Shown: positions 20,108 through 29,536, counted from the stretch's first letter. The stretch is 64,000 bases of DNA from Candidatus Bathyarchaeota archaeon (GCA_963775685.1 CAVZJV010000014.1:128001-192000), one strand, 5' to 3'. The notes: a model not told the origin generated them from the letters alone. Program-made: numbers and translations.

Positions 20108-20413
20108 TTAGAAGAACTTTCGTCCAAATTCGATTTTTGAGGTTTTATTTAATTGATACTTTTGTGGTGGAGCGCTTACTTTTTCTTCAATTTCAGGTTG
20201 ACAATCCCTGCAAAGCGGCATATCGAAGTTCTCAATTGAAAATTTGAATTCACCATTAGTTATGGTCTGCTTGCACTCGTTACAATAATATTGATTTTGA
20301 GATGGGGCTGTTTTTTGGTGTTCCATGCATAAAGCTTTACCAAAACGTTCCATCGAGAACTGAAGAACGCCTTCGGTTATTGCTTGTTTGCATTTGCTGC
20401 AATAGTAGCCCAT
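20108..20413 (-). CDS. Small protein with two tandem Zn-finger repeats
   Basis: YYCSKCKQAIT...FS...FG..LCMEHQ and YYCNECKQTIT...FS...F...LCRDCQ; likely start ATG 20413. Confidence 0.7.
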   Translation of the reverse strand: MGYYCSKCKQAITEGVLQFSMERFGKALCMEHQKTAPSQNQYYCNECKQTITNGEFKFSIENFDMPLCRDCQPEIEEKVSAPPQKYQLNKTSKIEFGRKFF

Positions 20414-20833
20414 ATCTGTCAAACATACTTGTAAGTATTTTAGCTTTAGGAAGTCAGGCATACCATATGCGAATGCAGATACCATCTCTTATCAGAGTGA
20501 CCCATTCCTGACACTGTTTGATCTCGGTTTGTTCCGTTTATGTGTTCGCCATTGTTTTCAGAATTTAACCCTTGTAATTTGGATATTGCAGATTTCAATT
20601 TGTTAGATCCTTTTTTAGCGTTCTATCGGCATAGACGAAGAAGCATCGAAAAAGAATAACGCGTAAAAGAGCTACTGTTTAGGAATTGTGTCAGGGTTTT
20701 ATACTCACAAGAACGTCTGCTTTGAAGGTATGATACCGATTAATCAGATAGTCGAGCTATCACTTTGGAAAAAACGTTATACCACAAAGAAATTGAGTGC
20801 GTGCTACTTTATTGGTTTGTCAAAACTCGGTTT

Positions 20834-21652
20834 TCACGGTTCGACCCCGACTTTGCCGCCGTTCAATTCGATTAGGTTGGCGATTTCTTTTGAGGCTTTC
20901 TGCAGTTTCTCTTCTGGGTTCGGGTCGTTGGTTCGTATGGTCATATGGAGCTCGGTGTAGGGTTTGCTTTCCGTCCCCATCGCTGGATGCGACTTAATGT
21001 AGACGCCTTTGTTGTCAGCCATAATCAGGTCGATCAGTGGCGCCAAAGATGATTCTATTATGCCTTGCACAAGAAGGCTTCTTTGGCAAAACACACATTC
21101 GCCCACTGCCTGCTTAATCGGGGGTGCAATTGATTCTGTGAAAATTGCCTCCATCTCAGCAGGGACACCCGGCAGAACAAGCAACAATGCGTTATCCATT
21201 TGCGTTTTCAGGCCAGGTGCTGTTCCGAGGGGGTTGGTTAGAGGCTGTGTTTCTTCTGGGAAGGTGGCCATTTTCATTCTGGGAGGTGAAAGCTCGATAT
21301 CTATTGGCCACTCACGTTTTTTGGCGTATTCGATGCAGCGCTGCTTAACCATTTCCATCGCAGAGGGGTTCACTTTCAGTTTGCGTCCAAGCGCAACTGC
21401 AACGCCTTGCAGGGTCATATCGTCAAAGGTTGGTCCAAGTCCACCTGTGGTGATTATAAAGTTGGGTTTGCGTGCTTTGGCTTCGTTTAAGGCGGCTGCG
21501 ATTTCCCCTATGTTGTCTTGGATTACGGTTATGCGTCGAACATTTGCGCCTAAGTTGGTGGCTTGTGTAGCGAGCCAATGTGCGTTTGTATTCATTATTT
21601 TGCCTATCAAAAGCTCGTTGCCTATGCATATGATTTCAACGTTAACCGTCAT
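20834..21652 (-). CDS. CinA-like / molybdopterin-binding domain protein
   Basis: IGNELLIG...NTNA, TTGGLGPTFDDMT, NPLGTAPG and LPGVPAEM motifs. Confidence 0.9.
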   Translation of the reverse strand: MTVNVEIICIGNELLIGKIMNTNAHWLATQATNLGANVRRITVIQDNIGEIAAALNEAKARKPNFIITTGGLGPTFDDMTLQGVAVALGRKLKVNPSAMEMVKQRCIEYAKKREWPIDIELSPPRMKMATFPEETQPLTNPLGTAPGLKTQMDNALLLVLPGVPAEMEAIFTESIAPPIKQAVGECVFCQRSLLVQGIIESSLAPLIDLIMADNKGVYIKSHPAMGTESKPYTELHMTIRTNDPNPEEKLQKASKEIANLIELNGGKVGVEP

Positions 21653-21997
21653 GCCAGCTGCCTCTTGTTATATGATAGGGATGAGGGTTTCTTTTAAGCC
21701 GTTTGCGCCCACCAAGATTATCCTTGCTTGATAGTCATTTCTATTACAATAGAAGATGGTTGGCAGGTAGCGTCAAGGGGAGAAACTCCAAGTAATAAAA
21801 TTAAGTTCTAGAGCGGAAAAAATGGTGTAGCAAACGCTCGAATGCAGAACGAAGAGCCTAAAATCGGCGAATTTAGACTATTGATTTTGTCTTCATTAGC
21901 ACAGGTGTACTGTTAGGTTTTGCCAAAACTGGTTTTTTAATACTGATACTCAAACTTTTTTAATATCAGAATAGCTTACCCCTATAGGCGAGTACTT

Positions 21998-22339
21998 TTG
22001 CTTTTTGGACACAAAAATAAACCCCAAATGAAACTCCAAGTAGACTTAGGCGATTTGCAAAACGAAAAAGAAAACCTATCAAGCTTTCTGCAACTACATC
22101 TCAAAGTTTCAGTTTCCCAAGTTGAGGACAAGTTAAGTATAAATTCAGAAAAGGTATCGGTGCAAGAACTGCAACATGTAGTGAACAAGTTTGTTTACCA
22201 CCGAGACCTAAACAACACTCACTGGGTCTCCGTTGAAGGTGCAACCGTAAAAATAAACAGATTTAAAGTCATCGAGAAAAAAGAGAAACACGATAAAGAG
22301 CCACCTCACCAAACTGCTGCACAAAGCTGGGGCCTATAA
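21998..22339 (+). CDS. Putative divergent ribosomal protein eL22 (L22e)-like protein
   Basis: Collinear pattern match to eL22: LQVDL; NLSSFLQLHLKV (cf. NFEQFLQERIKV); KLSINSE (KITVTSE); LQHVVNKFVYHRDL ([14 protein letters not shown]); WV...INRF. Confidence 0.5.
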   Translation: MLFGHKNKPQMKLQVDLGDLQNEKENLSSFLQLHLKVSVSQVEDKLSINSEKVSVQELQHVVNKFVYHRDLNNTHWVSVEGATVKINRFKVIEKKEKHDKEPPHQTAAQSWGL

Positions 22340-22460
22340 AAAAGCAGCGTTAAATCACCATTTCTTTTACAGGTTTCCAGCAGCAAAACTGTGCTTTTCG
22401 CAGGGGATCCGCAAGAATATGCGCTATCGAAAAAGAAGGTAGGATTGAACTATTGAGTTT

Positions 22461-23198
22461 TTATTTCCTTCTCTTAGAGAGAATAAGTACTGCAACAATA
22501 CTTATCAAAACGACGACAATTCCGACTGTTGTGATAGGCAACTCTGGAACATAAGGTGAAGGATTTATCGTTGAACCGAAAATGTTAGTCTCAATAACAG
22601 TGTAAGAAATTGTTGTTATAACAGGTTGAGGTTGTGCTTGAGTTGTTGTTTGAGTGTTTGATTCTAGTAACATTCCTGAAGCTGTGTCATAAACGTAAGT
22701 TAGAGTAGTGTTATAATCTGGCGTGGAGAGTGAAGCATCAAGAATGTTCACTGTTCGGCTAACCCCCACGTAAGTTCGGGTCTCAGTTCTATTGACGACA
22801 TAAGTGTTAGGCGGCGGTACCGGGTCTCCTTGGTTCAAGTTGGCAGCTATAATTGGACCTTGTGTACTTGGAACACCGTTTTCATTTCCCGTTTCAATGT
22901 TCCAAACTGATACGGTGCCATTTCCAGCGATAGCTGTTCCGTTCTTGAATTGACTCGTCGAAAGCAAGGTAACCTCCTTTCCAGAGACATCCGTAACCTG
23001 GAGTTTTAGCCAGTCATAATCGTTGAAAGACTCAACTCCTTGACCTACCCCAACAAAATTACTATATTTTACATATTGACCTGTCTCAACGCCTGGATTG
23101 TACGTTACAGCTAAAACAGGAAGTACGAACGCTGCCAAAAGGGCAGCAGATAAAAGAGTTGTTAAGAATTTTAGTTTTGACAAAATAATAATCTCCAA
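22461..23198 (-). CDS. Secreted Thr-rich surface protein with a PEF-CTERM-like sorting signal
   Basis: Signal peptide; YDTASGMLLE motif; C-terminal PSPYVPELP + TM + KRRK. Confidence 0.75.
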   Translation of the reverse strand: MEIIILSKLKFLTTLLSAALLAAFVLPVLAVTYNPGVETGQYVKYSNFVGVGQGVESFNDYDWLKLQVTDVSGKEVTLLSTSQFKNGTAIAGNGTVSVWNIETGNENGVPSTQGPIIAANLNQGDPVPPPNTYVVNRTETRTYVGVSRTVNILDASLSTPDYNTTLTYVYDTASGMLLESNTQTTTQAQPQPVITTISYTVIETNIFGSTINPSPYVPELPITTVGIVVVLISIVAVLILSKRRK

Positions 23199-23397
23199 TT
23201 ATACGTTATTTGCTTTAGTTTTAAACCGTTCTCTTTGCTACACAATGAGGACAAAATGTTGCTGGCTGCTGAAAGAGAGTTCCACAGTATTTGCAAGGAA
23301 TCATCACAACATCACGAACAACTTTTCGAGTGACTTCCCTTCTATCACTACATGATCCGCAACCACATCCAAAACCAAACGAAAACATCTTTTTCTC

Positions 23398-23775
23398 CTA
23401 AGTGAAGGTTTTTGACATTTCTTGTCGTTGACTGAGCTGTTCTATTAATACCTCTTGAACCATATCGCAGGCTTGGCTGATCTTTGGGCAGGCAACTCGA
23501 TAGTATACAGTAGAGCCTTCTTTTCTTGTTTTAACTACTTGTCTGCATCTCATTATTGCTAAGTGTTGGGAACCGCTGGATTGGCCTGCGCCAAGTTTTT
23601 CGGTGAGTTGATTTACAGTTTTCTCACCACCTTTTAAGGAATGAATGATAGCAATTCTTAGCGGGTGCGCTATTGTTTTTGAAATTTCTGCCTGTAATTC
23701 GTATATTGACATGTCAAAAGTAGGTTTCGGCATTTCGGTTCCCTGCTTAGTTGAATATTCGGACATGGTTTTCAC
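23398..23775 (-). CDS. ArsR/SmtB family metalloregulator
   Basis: KTIAHPLRIAII..L..GEKTVNQL...SQHLA.MR...VKTRKEG.TVYYR. Confidence 0.9.
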   Translation of the reverse strand: MKTMSEYSTKQGTEMPKPTFDMSIYELQAEISKTIAHPLRIAIIHSLKGGEKTVNQLTEKLGAGQSSGSQHLAIMRCRQVVKTRKEGSTVYYRVACPKISQACDMVQEVLIEQLSQRQEMSKTFT

Positions 23776-23838
23776 CTATTAGGGTTTTCTATTATTCTAA
23801 ATTGGAGATTTACAAAAAAGAAAGGGATTGAGTTTTTC

Positions 23839-24669
23839 TCAGCTTATCTGCAGTTCTTGGACGAACGTTCCGTGCCAGGTGTGGACCCAGATTTGTCCGG
23901 TGTAGCCGTTGACGCTTAGCATGCCATAGGTTGTTCCGCCATTAAGCACTTCGATAGTATAGTAGCCGTAGAATGTAGTTACGTCGCCTGTCGTTGTGCC
24001 GCTTATGTAGGTGTTTAGGTATTGCTGTGCATTAGTAGTTGCTTGCGTCGAAGTCACTGTCATGGTTGTGGTTGGGGTTCCATAGATTCCGCTCAAGATT
24101 CCGCCGCGCATCATGCCGTATTTGGTGTTCCACATCATGTTAGGTCCCATCTCTGGGTAGATGCTGCCCGTGTACTTGTTGATTAAGAGTTCAAAGGCGC
24201 CATTGCCATTCTTCTCGTTAACTTGGACGTAGAAGTTCGCTGAGTATTCTTCAACTTGCTTAACTGCTACGTTAGGGTTGCCTATCGAGGACACATAGTT
24301 TTGTGCTATTGTTACTGCATTGGTAATGGTTAGGGGTGTTCCAGTATTTGCGTAGGGTGCTGTGTATCCATAACCCCCCATCATTCCGCCAAAGCCTTGG
24401 CCGTTGCCTAATTGACTCATCATCCCGCCTCCGAACATCATCGGGTAAACTGGCTGATAGTACTGGGTTGAAGGTGTTGTTGGGATAGTTGCTCCTGTTG
24501 AGTAAGGTGGATTGTTGTTTCCATATCCGTAGCCATAGCCTCCTCCCATCATTCCTCCGTAGCCTCCGTAACCGCCCCCCATCATGGCCGCGGCAAACGC
24601 GGATGAAGCTAACAATGCAGACACTATGGCTGCAACGCTGACGAATGTTAATATTTTCCAGTTTTTCAT
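23839..24669 (-). CDS. Exported Gly/Met-rich PepSY-like protein
   Basis: Signal peptide; GGMMGG repeats; ELLINKYTG, EMGPNMMWNTKYGM and GMLSVNGYTG.IW.H.WHG motifs. Confidence 0.75.
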   Translation of the reverse strand: MKNWKILTFVSVAAIVSALLASSAFAAAMMGGGYGGYGGMMGGGYGYGYGNNNPPYSTGATIPTTPSTQYYQPVYPMMFGGGMMSQLGNGQGFGGMMGGYGYTAPYANTGTPLTITNAVTIAQNYVSSIGNPNVAVKQVEEYSANFYVQVNEKNGNGAFELLINKYTGSIYPEMGPNMMWNTKYGMMRGGILSGIYGTPTTTMTVTSTQATTNAQQYLNTYISGTTTGDVTTFYGYYTIEVLNGGTTYGMLSVNGYTGQIWVHTWHGTFVQELQIS

Positions 24670-24728
24670 TTCATTTCACTTTTTTTCTTTTACTGATATT
24701 ATGGTGTTCGAATGATATGATAGTTGGC

Positions 24729-24767
24729 TGAAACAGTCGTGAAACAGTTTTGAAACGCTTTTGGAAG
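24729..24767. promoter_or_regulatory. Tandem TGAAAC boxes at 11-bp period upstream of the PepSY-like gene
   Basis: TGAAACagtcg TGAAACagttt TGAAACgcttt TGGAAG at 24729, 24740, 24751 and 24762. Confidence 0.45.
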
Positions 24768-25225
24768 GCTGAGTTAAAGTCCTTCTTAGTTTCGGGTTCA
24801 ACCTTAAACAATCACACATATTCTAATATTCTAATGTGATGTATGGCGGGCTTATGGGTCTTTCTCACATAGTTCCAAAATACCATGGAAAACTCTCCTT
24901 GCGAAGTCAAGGTTTCATGTGCAAACACCCAGTAAGGATAGCCCTTTCTAATGGTGTATTAGAGAAATAGATAAAGAAATTAAAAACAAAAAGTCAAGAA
25001 GCGAATATGCTTTGTCACTGAAGGGCAAAACAGAACTGCGGTTAGATGAAAGAAACATCCTAAAATTCTTAGAAACAGCAACCGAAGAAGAACTGGCAAA
25101 GTCTCTTGATCTGGTATCGCTCAATTGCCCTTTTGGATTAAAATTTTAATAAAACCCCAATTGTGGAAGAGCAACTTTATTAAAAAGAGATTTTTCAAGA
25201 AATGAGAATTTCTTTGAGGTATTTT

Positions 25226-25402
25226 TTAGAGAGGTATTGGGTCGCAGAGGTTTTCTGCTTTTGCGGCTACACGTCCACAGTGTTTGCACAAATACTTGGC
25301 ATCTTTCACTAAGGCTTTGTACTCTTCGAGGGTTGTTGTTTTATTGGAAACTTTAAAGCATAGATGTTTTTCGTGACCTGGATGTTTTTCATAAAACGCC
25401 AT
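25226..25402 (-). CDS. Small Cys/His metal-binding protein (58 aa, not in the ORF track)
   Basis: MAFYEKHPGHEKHLCFKV...YLCKHCGRVAAKAENLCDPIPL; strong SD GGTGGTGA upstream. Confidence 0.8.
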   Translation of the reverse strand: MAFYEKHPGHEKHLCFKVSNKTTTLEEYKALVKDAKYLCKHCGRVAAKAENLCDPIPL

Positions 25403-25875
25403 TGTAATTCACCACCTTCAAAAGGTCTTTAAGCTAATTCTATTGGTCAAGTTTAAAAACTTTTTCTGGATTTATACTTGGGTCCTGACTTTTTAGAAAC
25501 AGCAGAAATCATTTTTTACGAACTACTTACAAAAAAGTGACCTGGTCCGTTAATCCATAGTTGCTTTGAAGCTGGGTCCTTTTCTTAATAATGCACGTTT
25601 TTTCACCAAAGACTCAGCCCCAGGTTCGGGGATGGGCCCAGTTAAGACTTAGCCTATTTTAATTTCGAATGCCGCAAGTTAGGTCAAAGCACATGAGACA
25701 TGTGTATGAATGTTTATAAGCTTAAATACTTATACTTATAAGTATGTAGGTACATATGTGTTAGTGTAAATAAGCAAGCCAACGTGAACTGAACATAACA
25801 AAAAATAAAAACAAGACACGAAAAACATCGACACGCTTATTACAAAAACACGAAAGAACAAAAAAGTGACTGAAA

Positions 25876-26019
25876 TTGGGTCGTATCAACGTTGATATTT
25901 CAGACGAATTAGAAAAAAAGCTAAGACTGAAAACGGTAGAAAAATTCGGAGGCAAAAAAGGCGACTTATCCCGAGCAGTTCAAGAAGCTGTAAAAACATG
26001 GGTCGACAAAAATCAATAG
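25876..26019 (+). CDS. Ribbon-helix-helix (CopG/Arc-like) protein (47 aa, not in the ORF track)
   Basis: MGRINVDISDELEKKLRLKTVEKFGGKKGDLSRAVQEAVKTWVDKNQ; TTG start. Confidence 0.8.
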   Translation: MGRINVDISDELEKKLRLKTVEKFGGKKGDLSRAVQEAVKTWVDKNQ

Positions 26020-26267
26020 AGAATTAAGTCGCCCCTCCTTAACCCCTAATAACTAAATTATTAAGAATGCCCTGGCAATAGGCGCAGGGAGCCAGTTAGC
26101 CTGAGTACGCATAAAAATATGTTTATGGGCAATCTAACTGAGCCTCCCTTTTAGAATAGTTATACCAAGCATATAGTGGTGCTTTTAATCGATTTACGAT
26201 GGGCAAGAAAAGTTTAAGCCAAAATCCTTGCGAAACAAAAAAGTTTGTGATTAATAAGGTGGAAATT

Positions 26268-26429
26268 ATGGTAAACAAAAAAGCAGGAAAATTAGAAATT
26301 GTATTTATTGATAATGGAGGAAAATGATACCCTCTCGATGAAGTTGACTGTGAAGATTTAGCCGAAGGTTTAGAAAAGCTTTCCTAAGAAGTCGCCAATC
26401 GACTTCAACTATTAAAAGAACAAAGGTAG
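26268..26429 (+). pseudogene. Small ORF with two in-frame stops
   Basis: SD AAGGTGG, then MVNKKAGKLEIVFIDNGGK*YPLDEVDCEDLAEGLEKLS*EVANRLQLLKEQR*. Confidence 0.4.
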
Positions 26430-26501
26430 GCGCTTTCTGGTTTTCAGTGTCTTTGAAGCTTAAATATCTCTTAGCCCTATCCTGTTAGTGGAGAATATTT
26501 T

Positions 26502-26810
26502 ATGGCCAGTTTTAATGTGTCTTTACCTGCAAATTGGGAAGAATTTGTAAAAGGTTTAGCTTACGACCATAACATCGACGTTAGTAAGGTCGTTGGTGGA
26601 TTGTGCGACTGGGTTTTTTCTAGCCCCGAATACAAAATGCAGTTTGAAGTTTGGCTGGGTACGGTTTATCCGCCGAAAGGTCAAGCCGAAGATAAAGCAA
26701 TTGCTAAAGGAGAACAAGCAAGCATGCGAGAAGAGGACCAGCAAGATGAAGCTGAAGAAGAAGCCCACGAGGAACGAGACTATAGTGAAGACAGAGATCT
26801 TAAGCCTTAA
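26502..26810 (+). CDS. Hypothetical protein, RHH-like N-terminus and acidic tail
   Basis: 102 aa; SD GGAG; ASFNVSLP..WEEFV; E/D-rich C-terminus. Confidence 0.6.
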   Translation: MASFNVSLPANWEEFVKGLAYDHNIDVSKVVGGLCDWVFSSPEYKMQFEVWLGTVYPPKGQAEDKAIAKGEQASMREEDQQDEAEEEAHEERDYSEDRDLKP

Positions 26811-26997
26811 CAGGCAAAAGTCAACAAATGCAATATTCCTTAACAACTTTTTTCTTTTAGAAACTGGAAACTGAGCTGAAAGAAGCAAAGAAAGAACGAG
26901 AATGCAAAGGCCGACAAAATAGCATTCTGCTAGAGAAATGATAAAGTAATAAGATGCCTTCGCCTTAGAAATATACAACTCACAATGGAGTAATTTT

Positions 26998-27294
26998 ATG
27001 CCTACAACAATTGGTTTAATATTCAGAAAAATTGTCAAAGACTTGAAGGCCAAAGACGAAAATCCAAATAGTTACCTAAATAATCCAAACAGCGACTTGT
27101 ACAATGCCAACTATGACATCAACAATCCATGTAGCGACATCAACAACCAAAATAGCGGAATCAACAATTCATCAAATAATAAATTCAACAAGGAACTGCG
27201 AAGAAACGCTTTGAGAGAGCTCATTTATATGTATCTGTCAAATTATCTGTCAAAAGAACAAGCGGAAAAACTTGTTGCAGAGTATATTTCATGA
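26998..27294 (+). CDS. Hypothetical protein with 7-residue Asn-rich repeats
   Basis: NPNSYLN/NPNSDLY/NANYDIN/NPCSDIN/NQNSGIN; SD GGAG upstream. Confidence 0.6.
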   Translation: MPTTIGLIFRKIVKDLKAKDENPNSYLNNPNSDLYNANYDINNPCSDINNQNSGINNSSNNKFNKELRRNALRELIYMYLSNYLSKEQAEKLVAEYIS

Positions 27295-27415
27295 CTCCTT
27301 TATGGTTTTAAGTCTTCAATAACTCAATGCGCTTTTGGGTACTTTCGAAACTGAAGTAATTGAGAAATACCTGCTTTAGTTTGAAGAATAAAAGCAAGAC
27401 AAAAAAAGCATAAAA

Positions 27416-27889
27416 TCAAAGCCCTAATGCTTTTGCTCGTTGCTCTATCTCCTGCATTGTTCTCGATTGTTCCCCACAATTTTTTAAACTATTTTCTAAT
27501 ATTTTTTTATCCACGGGGTAGAGGGTTCTAATTATTTCGTCTTGAAGAGGCAACCATTTATCAAGTTTGACTCCAAATTTTGCTTCAATATAACGTCTTT
27601 CTTTTGGAAAAATTTCTTCGTGCCCTTCCGGTGTATTCAATCTATAGACTTCGTGGAAAACAAGTTCGTAGAATGCCATTCTATCTTGGCATCTTGTTAA
27701 GTGGATAATTTGGTTAGACCAGTTATCACCCCAAGCATATCCGCCAGTAGGATACTTGAATTCTTTTTTCCACTCGGGACTTAGAGGTTCAAAAACCTCA
27801 AACGTAACAGGTTTATGTTTAAAATACCTCTTTTTAATATGCTCAGTTACTTCAACAATAATCTTATTCTCTGTATTGTTTGGTTCCAA
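27416..27889 (-). CDS. Hypothetical protein, possible degenerate zincin (FHEVYR)
   Basis: 157 aa; GGYAW...IHL...LVFHEVYRL...GH resembles a SprT/M48-like layout that lacks the second His. Confidence 0.45.
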   Translation of the reverse strand: MEPNNTENKIIVEVTEHIKKRYFKHKPVTFEVFEPLSPEWKKEFKYPTGGYAWGDNWSNQIIHLTRCQDRMAFYELVFHEVYRLNTPEGHEEIFPKERRYIEAKFGVKLDKWLPLQDEIIRTLYPVDKKILENSLKNCGEQSRTMQEIEQRAKALGL

Positions 27890-28027
27890 AATTGTTCCCT
27901 TCCTTAGTTTATCTATTAAACATTTTTTAAGCCGCTTAATCTTTTATTTGCTTATCTATATTTGCCATCTCTTAGCGAACGCTCAAAGGAAACTCAAGTC
28001 TATTTTCTTACCTTATTAGAAGCGCGT

Positions 28028-28261
28028 TTACTTGTAGATTTTTTGCCTGTCAATAGTTTCTTTTGGGACTTTGATTTTTCCTAAACTACCATTGTGTGCG
28101 CTCAGCTCAAATTTCAACGTATTTTCCATGTAAAAGTCTCTAAATTGATTTCCACATTTTTTGCACTTATACATCTTGACTCGGAATCGCCCAAAGTTCC
28201 ATTCTTTATCAGGTCCTTGCGTATGTGTCGTGCAATTTGGACATTTCGGCATGACTTTCAA
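28028..28261 (-). CDS. Small zinc-ribbon protein, Cren7-like pattern
   Basis: MPKCPNC...PDKEW...VKMYKCKKCGNQFR. Confidence 0.55.
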   Translation of the reverse strand: MKVMPKCPNCTTHTQGPDKEWNFGRFRVKMYKCKKCGNQFRDFYMENTLKFELSAHNGSLGKIKVPKETIDRQKIYK

Positions 28262-28645
28262 CCACTAGACTAAAGGAAAAAGGCGAATATATATTCATTC
28301 AAGCGCTAGTCCTAAGTCACAATTTAAAAGTTCGAATATTCTGCGAATCAAAAAAGAAAGTTCCAAGTAACAATGGAGGCTGCATTTTTGGAAAGTTTTT
28401 ATTTTTTTCCAATCAAAATCAGCAAAGGCTCCCCCCGTTACCATAGTCGGCTCAACCTTGGAGGATGCCTATCTTAAACTCGTGAGGCAGATCAAATGAG
28501 ACTCAAAAGATCATCGATCATAATTTAAACATAGGTATCCAGTCGCTCAATCTGCTATGCGATTTTGAAAGATGGATAGTTTAATTGCTTACACAAGATC
28601 TGAGAATTATTAAGGCTTTAAGTGTTGTAACGTTTTAATTCTACA

Positions 28646-29536
28646 ATGAAAAAGCGTGTGCAGACAATTTTGTTCTTCCTTTGGCTTGACCTGAAGAGAA
28701 TTATGTTCAGAACAAAATTTTACGCAGAAGTTGATATAACGGACAATTGTAACCTTAGATGCAAACATTGTTATCATTTTAACGGTAAAGAAGACCTTAA
28801 AACACAAGAGCTGCATATTTCTGTTTGGAAAGAAAGATTTACCGAGCTATACAAATCTGGAATTAGAGCGGTCTTGTTGGTGGGCGGTGAACCAGCACTC
28901 AGGATGGACATTTTGATGCTCGCTGATAAAATATTCCCACTAGTCTACGTTATAACAAATGGAACAATTAGAATACCTGAAAAATTTAATCACAGATTAT
29001 TTGTTTCTTTAGATGGGTTACCAAAAACAAACGACGCAATCCGAGGGTATGACGTTTTTTCTAAAGTTATGAAAAACTATTTGGAAGATAAACGCGTAAT
29101 TATTAATATGACTCTTACAAAAAGCAACTATAATGAACTGGAAGATATCACACGAATTGCGGAAAAAAAAGGGTTTGAAGGTATAGTTTGCAATATTTGT
29201 GCGGGTGGAACCGATCACGGTTCATCCATGGTTATAAGTAAAAATGAAAGAGGCGCCCTGATAGAAGAAATGAAGAGAGTCAAGGCATTATCCCCTAAGT
29301 GTTTTCTAATGACAGATGCGATGATAAAATGGTATGAATTTCCGGATCATCGAGACTTCTGTCCATGGGGCGATGGGGCTCTTCATTTAGACGTCTCATG
29401 GAACAAAAGAAGATGCTTCGGGAATAATCCCGACTGTTCAAACTGCGGTTGTCTTGCAGGATCTTTTCAATCTCCCCTAAAAATGATGTGGAGTCTTAGA
29501 AAAATGATGCAGATAGCGTATGTCCATGGGAATTAG
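28646..29536 (+). CDS. Radical SAM protein
   Basis: CNLRCKHC, GGEP, TNG and VSLDG motifs; C-terminal Cys cluster (C..C..DCSNCGC). Confidence 0.9.
   Translation: MKKRVQTILFFLWLDLKRIMFRTKFYAEVDITDNCNLRCKHCYHFNGKEDLKTQELHISVWKERFTELYKSGIRAVLLVGGEPALRMDILMLADKIFPLVYVITNGTIRIPEKFNHRLFVSLDGLPKTNDAIRGYDVFSKVMKNYLEDKRVIINMTLTKSNYNELEDITRIAEKKGFEGIVCNICAGGTDHGSSMVISKNERGALIEEMKRVKALSPKCFLMTDAMIKWYEFPDHRDFCPWGDGALHLDVSWNKRRCFGNNPDCSNCGCLAGSFQSPLKMMWSLRKMMQIAYVHGN

Noticed and set aside
21009-21731. 240-aa plus-strand ORF and similar long antisense ORFs inside ileS, glyS, HAD and proC
   Set aside because: Shadow ORFs opposite or overlapping well-supported genes.
25612-25645. GC-rich CCCCAGGTTCGGGG hairpin as a possible tRNA fragment/attR
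   Set aside because: It does not match the tRNA-Ala or tRNA-Tyr 3' ends beyond GGTTC.
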